Virus record (IMG/VR): IMGVR_UViG_2827179085_000005
Location: 1 to 64,000 of that record
Reading direction: 5' to 3' (one strand)
Length of the DNA: 64,000 nucleotides
Source: a virus
Lineage: Duplodnaviria; Heunggongvirae; Uroviricota; Caudoviricetes
Shown here: in pieces, positions 18,622 to 27,035 of the stretch
Layout: every line of letters starts with the position of its first letter
Numbering within the stretch: position 1 is the first letter of the stretch
Program-made: the position numbers and the translations under genes
The notes under the pieces: model-generated
Databases searched by the model: none
Told to the model about the DNA's origin: nothing
The model's input: the letters and a program-made list of their open reading frames with translations, nothing else

Positions 18622-19428
18622 TTGCCAATCATTCTGAAAGAGCAAGCAGAGATACTTGAAGCTAGTGGTTATACTGTAGCATTTATAGGTATCTATGGCT
18701 CTCAAAACTACGGATTGGATTTACATACAGAGGAATATCAGTCTGACATTGATATGAAAGCTATTATAGTTCCAACGTTAGACAATCTGATTCGAAATAG
18801 TAAGCCTGTTTCTACTGTGGTGGATACGAAGTGGGGTCAATGTGATGTGAAGGATATTAGAGTGTTTTTCGGAACTCTACTAAAAGCAAATCCATCGTTC
18901 ATCGAAATTCTGTATACAGACTACTATTACGTAAATCCCAAATTTGAAGTGGAGTTTAATCAAATACTCTCGCTCAGAGATGAACTTATGGAAGCTTTGT
19001 CTCCACAATTCATGAAGGCAATGTATGGAATGATGTGCGAGAAGGCGAAAGCAATGTGTCATCCATATCCATCAATCGCACATAAGATTGAGAAGTATGG
19101 ATACGATGGGAAACAATTATCACATGCGTATAGGTTGCTTGTGATGATTGATGAATATTTCAACAAGAAGAAGCCATTGAAAGAATGTTTCTGTCCTAGC
19201 GGTCATACAAAGGGCATCATCATAGAATTTAAGCTTAATAAAATTCCGCTAGAAATTGCTAAAGAAAGAATCGACGTATTTTTAGAAGATGGAAAGAAGG
19301 AAAGAGATAAATATCTCTCTAGCGTTGATATTAGCAAAATCGACTTTTCTATCAAAGATCGTTTCCTGATGTTATCGCAAGAAATTATCAAAAACAAAAT
19401 CATTGAGGAAGTACAGAGAGGGCGATAA
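18622..19428 (+). CDS. nucleotidyltransferase, KNTase/ANT(4')-Lnu-like Pol-beta superfamily fold
   Basis: FIGIYGSQNYGLDLHTEEYQSDIDM matches GS...D.D NTase motif and resembles kanamycin nucleotidyltransferase N-terminus; TTG start uncertain. Confidence 0.5.
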   Translation: MPIILKEQAEILEASGYTVAFIGIYGSQNYGLDLHTEEYQSDIDMKAIIVPTLDNLIRNSKPVSTVVDTKWGQCDVKDIRVFFGTLLKANPSFIEILYTDYYYVNPKFEVEFNQILSLRDELMEALSPQFMKAMYGMMCEKAKAMCHPYPSIAHKIEKYGYDGKQLSHAYRLLVMIDEYFNKKKPLKECFCPSGHTKGIIIEFKLNKIPLEIAKERIDVFLEDGKKERDKYLSSVDISKIDFSIKDRFLMLSQEIIKNKIIEEVQRGR

Positions 19429-19431
19429 AAC

Positions 19432-19590
19432 ATGAATGAACAACAACTTCGTGAAATGCAGGAAAGCATAGTAAGACAGATTGGACACAAGGTTGATGTA
19501 TATTACAACGAAAATAGTGGGGTTGTTGGGGTGTTTCATCATAACACGCCACCTACACCAGCAACGCTAATTCAACTAATTCATTGCTAG
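19432..19590 (+). CDS. hypothetical small protein (52 aa)
   Basis: ORF with RBS. Confidence 0.25.
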   Translation: MNEQQLREMQESIVRQIGHKVDVYYNENSGVVGVFHHNTPPTPATLIQLIHC

Positions 19591-19594
19591 GAGA

Positions 19595-19903
19595 GTGGGA
19601 AACATGGCTGAACGTAAGTTATTGCTTGTTAAGGTTACTGAATCTGATGGTGTTACGGCGAAGGTAGCAAAACCAGAACAGAATTTTTCTTATGACGAAA
19701 TTATCAATCAAACATTCGTTGAGTGCTATGAACCAGAATTGGGATATAGCGCGGCTTTTGCGCCTACATCTCCTAATGTTCTTAATGGACGAATCCTCAG
19801 TACATCAATCGTACATGGCATTGAATGCGATGAGGATGTTTGGATTGATACGCTTGTTATTACAACTATGAATACAATTTACTTCTTTGAAGTAATCGAA
19901 TAG
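19595..19903 (+). CDS. hypothetical protein
   Basis: ORF with GGAGAG RBS. Confidence 0.4.
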   Translation: MGNMAERKLLLVKVTESDGVTAKVAKPEQNFSYDEIINQTFVECYEPELGYSAAFAPTSPNVLNGRILSTSIVHGIECDEDVWIDTLVITTMNTIYFFEVIE

Positions 19904-19957
19904 GAGCGAAAACAATGACAATCAAACAACGATTGACTGATGCAATGAAGGAAAGCT

Positions 19958-20365
19958 ATGCGCAATAAAGATAAGGTAACTCTGACAACTGTTCGCATGG
20001 TCATTGACCGAGTTCAGAAGAAAGAGAAGGAAATGCTTCGTGAACTATCTGAGGAAGAAGTTATGCAAGTGCTTCAAACATTCAAGAAGCAGACTGACGA
20101 AGAGATGGATGCATTCAAGAGCGTGAACAACCATGAGAAGGTTGCAGAACTTCTTGTCAGCAAGAAGTTCGTTGAATCCTTCCTTCCTCAACAAATGAGC
20201 GAGATTGAAATTAGAAATCTTGTCATCAACGCAATTGAAAGCATGTATAGTGTCGGAAGAACACCGAATAAAGGATCGGTTATGAAAGAGGTCATGCCTT
20301 TGGTTAAAGGAAAGGCTGACAACAAGCTTGTCAATCAAATCGTCACTAATCTCTTGCAATCATGA
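19958..20365 (+). CDS. GatB/YqeY-domain protein (frameshifted; true N-terminus MTIKQRLTDAMKE at 19915 in another frame)
   Basis: RNKDKVTLTTVRMVIDRVQKKEK matches YqeY family; upstream ORF 19915-19968 encodes the YqeY-like N-terminus. Confidence 0.5.
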   Translation: MRNKDKVTLTTVRMVIDRVQKKEKEMLRELSEEEVMQVLQTFKKQTDEEMDAFKSVNNHEKVAELLVSKKFVESFLPQQMSEIEIRNLVINAIESMYSVGRTPNKGSVMKEVMPLVKGKADNKLVNQIVTNLLQS

Positions 20366-20571
20366 TGACATTGAGAGAACAATATCTCGCTGAAAGCAAG
20401 AGCGTGAAGGATTGTGTCAAATGGCTGAATAAGCGCATCAAGGAGAAAAAGGAAAACGTTTCTTATGATTACTATTCTCCCGATAATGCAATCATCGAAG
20501 AGATGGTGAATATAAAAATTGGCTTGGAGAAATACGCAAAGAAGCTGAAACATATGGCTAACGAGGTGTGA
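20362..20571 (+). CDS. hypothetical protein
   Basis: ORF. Confidence 0.4.
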   Translation: MMTLREQYLAESKSVKDCVKWLNKRIKEKKENVSYDYYSPDNAIIEEMVNIKIGLEKYAKKLKHMANEV

Positions 20572-20573
20572 GC

Positions 20574-20726
20574 ATGTTCTGGAAAAAGAAGAAGCCTTGT
20601 GAACATGAATGGACGATAGTTAAAGTCGGAAGTGGTTACTATTCTGAAATCTACTGTCCTAAATGCAACTGTAGCATGAACGTTCGGAAGAGTGAAGCAG
20701 ATTCCTATGTAAAAAATCAAAGCTAA
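20574..20726 (+). CDS. small Cys/His-containing protein (50 aa)
   Basis: GAGGTG RBS; CEHE...CPKCNC. Confidence 0.3.
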   Translation: MFWKKKKPCEHEWTIVKVGSGYYSEIYCPKCNCSMNVRKSEADSYVKNQS

Positions 20727-20772
20727 GAAAAGAATATCTCGAAAAAATCAAAGAAGAGAGTAGGGATACAAC

Positions 20773-20973
20773 ATGAGTATTCAAGTTCCTGTTGAAGTAA
20801 CGAATTGTGACCAGTGTCCTTATGCAGAAGCTCGTAAGGTATGGACTGCTGATTCATGGGAAGATGTTCGGGCAATCAAGTGCAAACAGCTTGGAAGAGA
20901 CGTTTACGAATACTTGGACTGGTATGATAAGTCACCTGTACCAGATGAATGTCCATTCAAAAGAAAGGGTTGA
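20773..20973 (+). CDS. small Cys-rich protein
   Basis: CDQCPY...C...CPF. Confidence 0.35.
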   Translation: MSIQVPVEVTNCDQCPYAEARKVWTADSWEDVRAIKCKQLGRDVYEYLDWYDKSPVPDECPFKRKG

Positions 20974-20977
20974 TCGT

Positions 20978-21193
20978 ATGAGTCAAGTAAGTCAAGCGGA
21001 TATTGAGCAAGTTATTGAACGTATCAAGAGAGGTTATGACCCAGAGGTTTGCGGATTTACAGCAGAAAGATCGCGTGGTAATTCCAACGATGTATTTGAA
21101 GATGGACACGATGCAGGATATTCTATGGCTTTATATGAGATAGGTAAGATGCTTGGCATCGACCTACCAGAACCAGATGAACCAGAGTATTAA
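20978..21193 (+). CDS. hypothetical protein
   Basis: ORF; chosen over overlapping alternative-frame 20807 start. Confidence 0.35.
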   Translation: MSQVSQADIEQVIERIKRGYDPEVCGFTAERSRGNSNDVFEDGHDAGYSMALYEIGKMLGIDLPEPDEPEY

Positions 21194-21213
21194 TTAAAGT
21201 AAAGGGAGTTGGA

Positions 21214-21438
21214 TTGCTTATGAGCGCATATGCAACGATTTATCTACGAATTGATGAAGGCAAGTATAAGACAAATGAGGGTATCTTTACTTTCCGCAAT
21301 GACTTGAAGGAAGTATATGGATTACAAGCCAATCCGAAGTTTGATCTGTTGTTCAGCATATCTTGGGAACAAGGACACGCACATGGTTTGACAGATGTTC
21401 TTGGTGTGTTTAATGACCTTGTAGAACTGGTTCGATAA
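21214..21438 (+). CDS. hypothetical protein
   Basis: ORF with GGGAG RBS. Confidence 0.4.
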   Translation: MLMSAYATIYLRIDEGKYKTNEGIFTFRNDLKEVYGLQANPKFDLLFSISWEQGHAHGLTDVLGVFNDLVELVR

Positions 21439-21445
21439 AACAAAA

Positions 21446-21461
21446 ATGCTAAAGAAAGTAT
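21446..21461 (+). repeat. conserved 16-nt motif ATGCTAAAGAAAGTAT directly upstream of ligase RBS
   Basis: sequence. Confidence 0.5.
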
Positions 21462-21474
21462 TGGAGGAAAATGG

Positions 21475-22767
21475 ATGCAGAATATTATTGATGTATTCAA
21501 GCAAATCAAGGAAACATCGAGCAGAACAGGTAAAGAAGCCATCCTTAAAGCCAATAAGGATAATGAAGAGTTTCGTTTTATTCTCAAATTTCTTTATAAC
21601 CCATTCGATCTGACTGGTATCGGAAAAAAGAAACTACAGAAGTTCGATGATTTTATTGCAGAGGAAGAAATTGTTGAAGAGTTTACAGATGTATTTGATC
21701 TTATCAGATGGTTACGTTGGAACAAAACTGGTTCAGATGAAGTTGTTAAGGCAGTTGCAAACTTTATAAATGAACATGATGGAGAGGTTCGTGACTTCCT
21801 GAAAGAAGTTATTACGAAGTCATATAAGTGCGGAATTACCGCTGGAACTATAAATAAAGTTTATAACAAAGGAACAATCCCTGATTTTGCTGTACTTCTA
21901 GCGAAGGCGTACAAAGATCATGGACACAAGCTTAAAGGACGATTCTTCATCACATTAAAGCTTGATGGCATCCGTTGTGTTGCTATCAAGAAAGATGGTG
22001 TTGTTCAGTTCTATACTCGACAAGGACAACCAATTGATGAACTGATTGACATCGAAGAAGAGATTGCGAAAAAGTTCCCTGACAACTTTGTTCTCGATGG
22101 AGAATTGTTGCTTGAAAATCCGAAAGGATTGCCAAGCGATGAGCTGTTCCGAGCTACACAGAAAGTTGTTCGTAAAGATGGCATAAAACAAAACTTGGAG
22201 TTTAATGTCTTTGATGGTCTTCCACTAGAAGAGTTTTTGGAAGGTAAATCCAAGTTGAAGTATGAAGCAAGACGTAATGAAATCGAAGACATATTCACTT
22301 ATGCAAGACCACAGTTTATTCGTCAATTGCCTGTTCTCTATGTTGGCGAAGACAAAGAGCAAATCAGCATCATCCTGCAAGATGTGGTTGCTAAAGGTCA
22401 TGAAGGACTCATGATTAACACCGCTAATGGTTTCTACGTAACTAAACGTTCTGATGTGCTGTTAAAGGTCAAGGAAATGCACTCAGTTGATCTGAAAGTC
22501 GTTGGTTATGAGGAAGGTAGCGGTAAATATACAGGCACTCTTGGGGCGCTTATTGTGGATTACAAGGGCTACGAAGTCAAAGTAGGATCTGGATTCACTG
22601 ATGCAGATCGCAACATCATCTGGAATAAGATGTTGGATTCCATCGTTGGTCAAATCGTCGAAGTGCAGTACTTCGAGGAATCTACAAATCAGGATGGCGG
22701 TATCTCTCTACGATTCCCTGTATATTTGCGGATTAGAGATGATAAAGATGAGGTAAGTTTGCACTAA
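21475..22767 (+). CDS. ATP-dependent DNA ligase
   Basis: motif I KLDGIR (KxDGxR) and downstream adenylation/OB-like regions. Confidence 0.8.
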   Translation: MQNIIDVFKQIKETSSRTGKEAILKANKDNEEFRFILKFLYNPFDLTGIGKKKLQKFDDFIAEEEIVEEFTDVFDLIRWLRWNKTGSDEVVKAVANFINEHDGEVRDFLKEVITKSYKCGITAGTINKVYNKGTIPDFAVLLAKAYKDHGHKLKGRFFITLKLDGIRCVAIKKDGVVQFYTRQGQPIDELIDIEEEIAKKFPDNFVLDGELLLENPKGLPSDELFRATQKVVRKDGIKQNLEFNVFDGLPLEEFLEGKSKLKYEARRNEIEDIFTYARPQFIRQLPVLYVGEDKEQISIILQDVVAKGHEGLMINTANGFYVTKRSDVLLKVKEMHSVDLKVVGYEEGSGKYTGTLGALIVDYKGYEVKVGSGFTDADRNIIWNKMLDSIVGQIVEVQYFEESTNQDGGISLRFPVYLRIRDDKDEVSLH

Positions 22768-22964
22768 TGAAAGCAGAGGTACGTAAAGAGCGTTTGAAAC
22801 TACTGAGAGAGATTGACCGCATCGAGGAAGCATGTAACGGCTGTAGGACACGCGCACACTTCAATAACTTGAAGGATGCTACTGGTTTATGCAATGCTTG
22901 TAAGGCTTGTCCCGTTGGTCAAGAGTTGTCGCAATACGGTAATAAGCTGTTAAACCTGTTATAA
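22767..22964 (+). CDS. small Cys-containing protein
   Basis: CNGC...CNACKAC. Confidence 0.4.
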   Translation: MKAEVRKERLKLLREIDRIEEACNGCRTRAHFNNLKDATGLCNACKACPVGQELSQYGNKLLNLL

Positions 22965-22976
22965 AACTTCATACCT

Positions 22977-22992
22977 ATGCTAAAGAAAGTAT
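22977..22992 (+). repeat. conserved 16-nt motif ATGCTAAAGAAAGTAT
   Basis: sequence. Confidence 0.5.
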
Positions 22993-23058
22993 TTACTTTA
23001 TATAGCAACAATGATAAGATAGTAAAGTAAGAAAGAAACACATCAGATAACGGCATAG

Positions 23059-23074
23059 ATGCCAAAGAAAGTAT
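23059..23074 (+). repeat. conserved 16-nt motif ATGCCAAAGAAAGTAT upstream of dut RBS
   Basis: sequence. Confidence 0.5.
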
Positions 23075-23094
23075 AAATAATGGAGGAATGATTA

Positions 23095-23829
23095 ATGCAG
23101 AAACGAACGACAGACAAGCGGTACTATAAGGTGGATGAAATGGTTTGGGTCAAATCTGAGAGCACCCTTGGGGTAATCAAGGAATTGAACATCAAGCCTG
23201 ACGAAAACATCTACGAAGCAATCGTAGAAATCAAAACAGAAGAACAATGTACTTCGACTCTGAAAGTCAATCTATGGGAGATTGATAAGAATAAGAAGGC
23301 TCAGTTCAAAGGGAAGCCGAAGGCTGTTGCGACTACCGCAAAGAAACCAACGATTCTATTTGCGAAAGTAGCCGATGATGCAATCATTCCATCCAAGCTA
23401 GAAGAGAATGCTGGATATGATATCTACGCTAACTTCGAGCAAGAATTTATTACATTTGCTCCACATGAGACGAAATTAGTTCCTACAGGTATCGCGTCCA
23501 GCGTGACGAAAGAATATGCGCTAATCGCAAAGGAACGTGGCTCTACGGGTAGTAAGGGAATGGGATTACGAGCAGGAGTAGTTGACTCTGGTTATCGTGG
23601 TGAAATCTTCATTGGTCTGACCAATGAGAACGACAAGACTCTAGTTATCGCTAAGAATCCTGAACTGTTCAATGCAGAAAAGAGTATAGTGTATCCTTAC
23701 ACGAAGGCGATTGCTCAACTGCTTCTTGTACCAGTTATTGATGCAAACGTTAAGGAAATTCCTTATGAACAGCTTAAAGCAATCCCGTCCGTTCGCGGAA
23801 AAGGTAAAATCGGTTCTTCTGGAAAGTAA
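23095..23829 (+). CDS. dut: dUTP diphosphatase (trimeric dUTPase with N-terminal extension)
   Basis: GVVDSGYRGEIFIG and other dUTPase motifs. Confidence 0.85.
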   Translation: MQKRTTDKRYYKVDEMVWVKSESTLGVIKELNIKPDENIYEAIVEIKTEEQCTSTLKVNLWEIDKNKKAQFKGKPKAVATTAKKPTILFAKVADDAIIPSKLEENAGYDIYANFEQEFITFAPHETKLVPTGIASSVTKEYALIAKERGSTGSKGMGLRAGVVDSGYRGEIFIGLTNENDKTLVIAKNPELFNAEKSIVYPYTKAIAQLLLVPVIDANVKEIPYEQLKAIPSVRGKGKIGSSGK

Positions 23830-23835
23830 GCACCG

Positions 23836-23851
23836 ATGCCAAAGAAAGTAC
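23836..23851 (+). repeat. conserved 16-nt motif ATGCCAAAGAAAGTAC followed by GGGGAG-GAAA-CTCCCC hairpin (23858-23873)
   Basis: sequence. Confidence 0.5.
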
Positions 23852-23891
23852 TGCATAGGGGAGGAAACTCCCCTTCAAGATAAAGTATGAG

Positions 23892-24206
23892 GTGATTAAA
23901 TTGTCCACAGCGACGATTACGAGAAAAACGCAAAGAGACTCGTATCACGTTATCAAGAAGACATTAGGTGAAAGACAATCACAAGTATTTAGTGAATTGT
24001 GTGAAGTGTCCAGCGAAGGGATTACTGCTAGTGAATTAGCGCTTCGTATGTGGGAAAAAGGATGCTTTGCTATGCCAGATCGCAACAATGTACATCCACG
24101 ATTGACTGAACTTGTTGAACTTAGGCTGGTTGGAATTATTGGAAAGCGAAGATGTAAAGTTACCAATAAAACAGTCGCAATATATCGAGTTAGGGGAGAT
24201 ATTTAA
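23892..24206 (+). CDS. hypothetical protein, possible winged-helix DNA-binding
   Basis: weak resemblance only. Confidence 0.3.
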   Translation: MIKLSTATITRKTQRDSYHVIKKTLGERQSQVFSELCEVSSEGITASELALRMWEKGCFAMPDRNNVHPRLTELVELRLVGIIGKRRCKVTNKTVAIYRVRGDI

Positions 24207-24207
24207 A

Positions 24208-24465
24208 ATGGCGAGAGTGACAAAGAAGTCCAGAGGAAACAGATATAAGATCGACTTGAACGAAAAGGAATTGAATACATTGACGATTTCACTTGCATTG
24301 CTTGACATCCCTACGATGGAACAAGAGTTGAAAGAGCAAGGTTTACCTTACGAAAAGGCTGAGTACGATCATTTAACTCTATTCAAGACATTGACTGATG
24401 TTAATGGATTATATCGGCAAGTACAACTACCTGACGAAAATCAACAGGAGGATGAGACAGCATGA
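24208..24465 (+). CDS. hypothetical protein
   Basis: ORF after GGGAGA RBS. Confidence 0.35.
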   Translation: MARVTKKSRGNRYKIDLNEKELNTLTISLALLDIPTMEQELKEQGLPYEKAEYDHLTLFKTLTDVNGLYRQVQLPDENQQEDETA

Positions 24466-24653
24466 AACTCTGTGGAGTATGTAAGGGCGAAGGTTACGTA
24501 AACTTTGAGGTCTGTGAAACCTGTGATGGCGAAGGAATCGACAATCGTGGAACTTTCACAGTAGGTAAGATTCAACGCCGAAGAAGCGCTGAATATGAAG
24601 TCGAACAGAAGAAAATCAAGTTCGATAAGAAGAATGCAAGCAGAAGCTTGTAG
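24462..24653 (+). CDS. small zinc-finger protein (CxxC...CxxC)
   Basis: CGVCKGEGY...CETCDGEG. Confidence 0.4.
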   Translation: MKLCGVCKGEGYVNFEVCETCDGEGIDNRGTFTVGKIQRRRSAEYEVEQKKIKFDKKNASRSL

Positions 24654-24667
24654 TTGAGGTGAAGGAT

Positions 24668-24820
24668 ATGGTGCTAGGTGCTTTATTTATCATCGCTCTT
24701 TTTCTGATCTGGTTGTTCTTGGTTGGTAGTGTGAAAGCACATGACAAGTTGGCAGATAAGGTTGAGAATTTTAAAGAAAATAACTTTAAAGACAAAAAGG
24801 AGAATGAAGAGAATGAATAA
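24668..24820 (+). CDS. small membrane protein (50 aa)
   Basis: GAGGTGAAGG RBS; hydrophobic N-terminus. Confidence 0.3.
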   Translation: MVLGALFIIALFLIWLFLVGSVKAHDKLADKVENFKENNFKDKKENEENE

Positions 24821-25637
24821 CAACAAACGTATCGCTTGGGCAATTGGATTGGGTGCAGTAGTTTTGGTAGTAGGAAGTCTTTTGGTTGCTTCCGTTACAA
24901 CGGTAAAGCAAGGTCATGTTGGGGTTGTGTTCTCGAAAAATGGTGGCGTGATTCAAGAGACATTGCATTCTGGATGGCACTTAAAAAATCCATTGCACGA
25001 GGTAACGCAATATCCTGTATCGTTGGATTCCGTTAGTTATGCAGGAATGGAATTGACGACAAAAGACGGTAAACCATTAAAGATGGACGTTGAATACGAT
25101 TATCAAAACGATTTGCAAAAGGTTCCACACATCTTTGACACATGGAAAGGGCAAAAGCCTTCTGATATCGAAGATAATTTCCTTCGCTCCCGCGCAAAAG
25201 AGTCTGCAATGTCTGTAACATCTCGTTATACCATTCTTGAAATCTTCCAGAACTATGAGAAGATCAAAGATGAAATCGGAAACTCCTTTGCTGAAAATGT
25301 TAAGCCACATGGCTTCATGATCGAGAACTTCGTTCTTGGCGCACCGACTCCTGACGAAAGCACAAAGAAAGCTATTCAGGCTGTCGTAGACGCTCAACAG
25401 CAACTTGAAGCATTGAAGATCGAGAAGCAAAAGGCATCAGAAGTAGCCGAAAAGCAAAAGATCGAAGCAGAAGGTAAAGCGGCGGCGGCAATCGCAGAAG
25501 CGAAAGGTGAAGCAGAAGCTAACCGACTGATGCAACAATCCATCACTCCTGAACTTCTGAAAAAGATGGAAATGGAAGCACGTATGAAGCATGGTTGGGT
25601 TGAGATTAATGGTGCAGGTGCTGTAGTAACCAAATAA
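24813..25637 (+). CDS. SPFH/band-7 (prohibitin/HflK-like) membrane protein
   Basis: N-terminal TM then VKQGHVGVVFSKNGGV...GWHLKNP SPFH signature; C-terminal coiled-coil AAAIAEAKGEAEA. Confidence 0.7.
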   Translation: MNNNKRIAWAIGLGAVVLVVGSLLVASVTTVKQGHVGVVFSKNGGVIQETLHSGWHLKNPLHEVTQYPVSLDSVSYAGMELTTKDGKPLKMDVEYDYQNDLQKVPHIFDTWKGQKPSDIEDNFLRSRAKESAMSVTSRYTILEIFQNYEKIKDEIGNSFAENVKPHGFMIENFVLGAPTPDESTKKAIQAVVDAQQQLEALKIEKQKASEVAEKQKIEAEGKAAAAIAEAKGEAEANRLMQQSITPELLKKMEMEARMKHGWVEINGAGAVVTK

Positions 25638-25652
25638 GGAAGGGTGATAAAT

Positions 25653-25814
25653 ATGGAAGAGAACGTACAAGAAGTGGTTGACCCGATTATTTTCCTCAGT
25701 ATTGAAGGTGAAAATGGAGACGAATTAGGTATCTCCGTTGCCGAAGGAATTGACGATGAGACAGCAATTTTCTTACTACAACAAGCAATTGATGCTCTAA
25801 AATCAAACGCTTAA
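25653..25814 (+). CDS. small acidic protein (53 aa)
   Basis: ORF with RBS. Confidence 0.3.
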   Translation: MEENVQEVVDPIIFLSIEGENGDELGISVAEGIDDETAIFLLQQAIDALKSNA

Positions 25815-25817
25815 CAT

Positions 25818-25833
25818 ATGCCAAAGAAAGTCC
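25818..25833 (+). repeat. conserved motif ATGCCAAAGAAAGTCC; its 3' half forms a 12-bp perfect hairpin stem (25826-25858)
   Basis: GAAAGTCCACAT-n9-ATGTGGACTTTC. Confidence 0.5.
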
Positions 25834-25879
25834 ACATGCATATTGTATGTGGACTTTCGTAAATAGGAGGGTTTTTCTT

Positions 25880-26026
25880 ATGAAGAGAAAGTGGAAGAAA
25901 AGAATATCGGAATTTATGTATTACATTATGGTTGTACAAATTTTTTGCGGAATACATTATCCTCCTGCAATTTTGGAGGAATCGAGAGACTATGCACCTC
26001 ATCCAAAGGTTGTGAGACGTAAATGA
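25880..26026 (+). CDS. small basic protein (48 aa)
   Basis: AGGAGG RBS. Confidence 0.3.
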   Translation: MKRKWKKRISEFMYYIMVVQIFCGIHYPPAILEESRDYAPHPKVVRRK

Positions 26027-26205
26027 TTACTGTATCAAAGTCTTTACGTAATTACTGTATCTCATGCTGTGACAGAGAGCCAGTACAAGCTTATGAGATT
26101 CGTTTTGGCAATCCAAAGTTTACGAACACAAGTGTTATGACCATTTGTGAAGTTTGTCTTTTACAAATGAAGAAGGCGATTAGAGAGCTAAGTCCAAGTG
26201 AATAA
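26023..26205 (+). CDS. small zinc-ribbon protein
   Basis: CISCC...CEVC. Confidence 0.35.
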   Translation: MITVSKSLRNYCISCCDREPVQAYEIRFGNPKFTNTSVMTICEVCLLQMKKAIRELSPSE

Positions 26206-26214
26206 AAACCGTCT

Positions 26215-26245
26215 AAGCAGGGGGAAATTCTCCTGCTTTTTCTTA
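26215..26245 (+). terminator. rho-independent terminator
   Basis: AGCAGGGGG-loop-TCTCCTGCT + TTTTCTT. Confidence 0.7.
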
Positions 26246-26254
26246 TATAATAGG

Positions 26255-26283
26255 TTGACTACTGCTAAAGAAAGTACTATAAT
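26255..26283 (+). promoter_or_regulatory. sigmaA-type promoter TTGACT-17-TATAAT with conserved spacer motif
   Basis: TTGACTactgctaaagaaagtacTATAAT. Confidence 0.6.
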
Positions 26284-26322
26284 AAGTACATCAAGCAAAT
26301 ACAACTGAAAGGGGCAACCAAG

Positions 26323-27003
26323 ATGAGCAAAGATAAAATATATCGCTATGCAAAAAGTAAGGGAGAGTATGAGAAGCAAGTAAATATTCATATTCGCGAA
26401 ATGATTGAAATGATAAAGTATGAAGAAGTGAAGAAAAATCTATACGTCAAAGGCATCAAGCTATCCACTCATGCATTTAAACGTATGAAACAACACTTCG
26501 ATTTAGTTGATGTCGCTGTAGCGACACGAAAAGCTAAAGAGATGCTTCGACATGCTGTACGCCTTGGCACAGTCCTGTCTTATGATGGGCGTATCAATGT
26601 TCTTTATGCTTACCGTCAAACGGCATTCTTCTTGTCTCCTGACTTGAAGACAGTTGTTACTGTGAACAGATTCCACGAAATAAGCTACAAGCCAGTGCTA
26701 AAAAAAGTACATGATGGTCTTGATAGAGAAGAATTACTTGAACTACATATCAGTCATCTCCGTGAAATTGAGAGAAAAGAAGAAGAACAGATGCGCTTGA
26801 TTCTCTCAATCGAACAGAAGGTGAGAGAAGCGACAGAACAATGCGCAACAATGCTCCGTCTAGTCAGAGGTGGAGGACGCAAGAAGGAAATTAAACATTT
26901 GATCTCCGAACAGAACCATCATCTAAAGATGGAAGGTAGAAAGCTTTTCGAATTGAAGGTTGAGAAGCGTCATTTGTGCAAGTCTCTTGTCTCATTATAT
27001 TGA
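26323..27003 (+). CDS. hypothetical protein (coiled-coil rich)
   Basis: ORF. Confidence 0.5.
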   Translation: MSKDKIYRYAKSKGEYEKQVNIHIREMIEMIKYEEVKKNLYVKGIKLSTHAFKRMKQHFDLVDVAVATRKAKEMLRHAVRLGTVLSYDGRINVLYAYRQTAFFLSPDLKTVVTVNRFHEISYKPVLKKVHDGLDREELLELHISHLREIERKEEEQMRLILSIEQKVREATEQCATMLRLVRGGGRKKEIKHLISEQNHHLKMEGRKLFELKVEKRHLCKSLVSLY

Positions 27004-27018
27004 TGCCAAAGAAAGTAT
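27003..27018 (+). repeat. conserved 16-nt motif ATGCCAAAGAAAGTAT upstream of RBS
   Basis: sequence. Confidence 0.5.
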
Positions 27019-27035
27019 TCTAAAGGAGAACAAAC

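Noticed and set aside
20807-21193. 128-aa ORF overlapping the Cys-rich ORF 20773-20973
   Set aside because: Its N-terminal half is an alternative frame of the Cys-rich ORF. Only the part from ATG 20978 (with an RBS) was kept.
24112-24465. Longer 117-aa version of the 24208 ORF
   Set aside because: The upstream extension overlaps the preceding gene, whereas ATG 24208 has a proper RBS.
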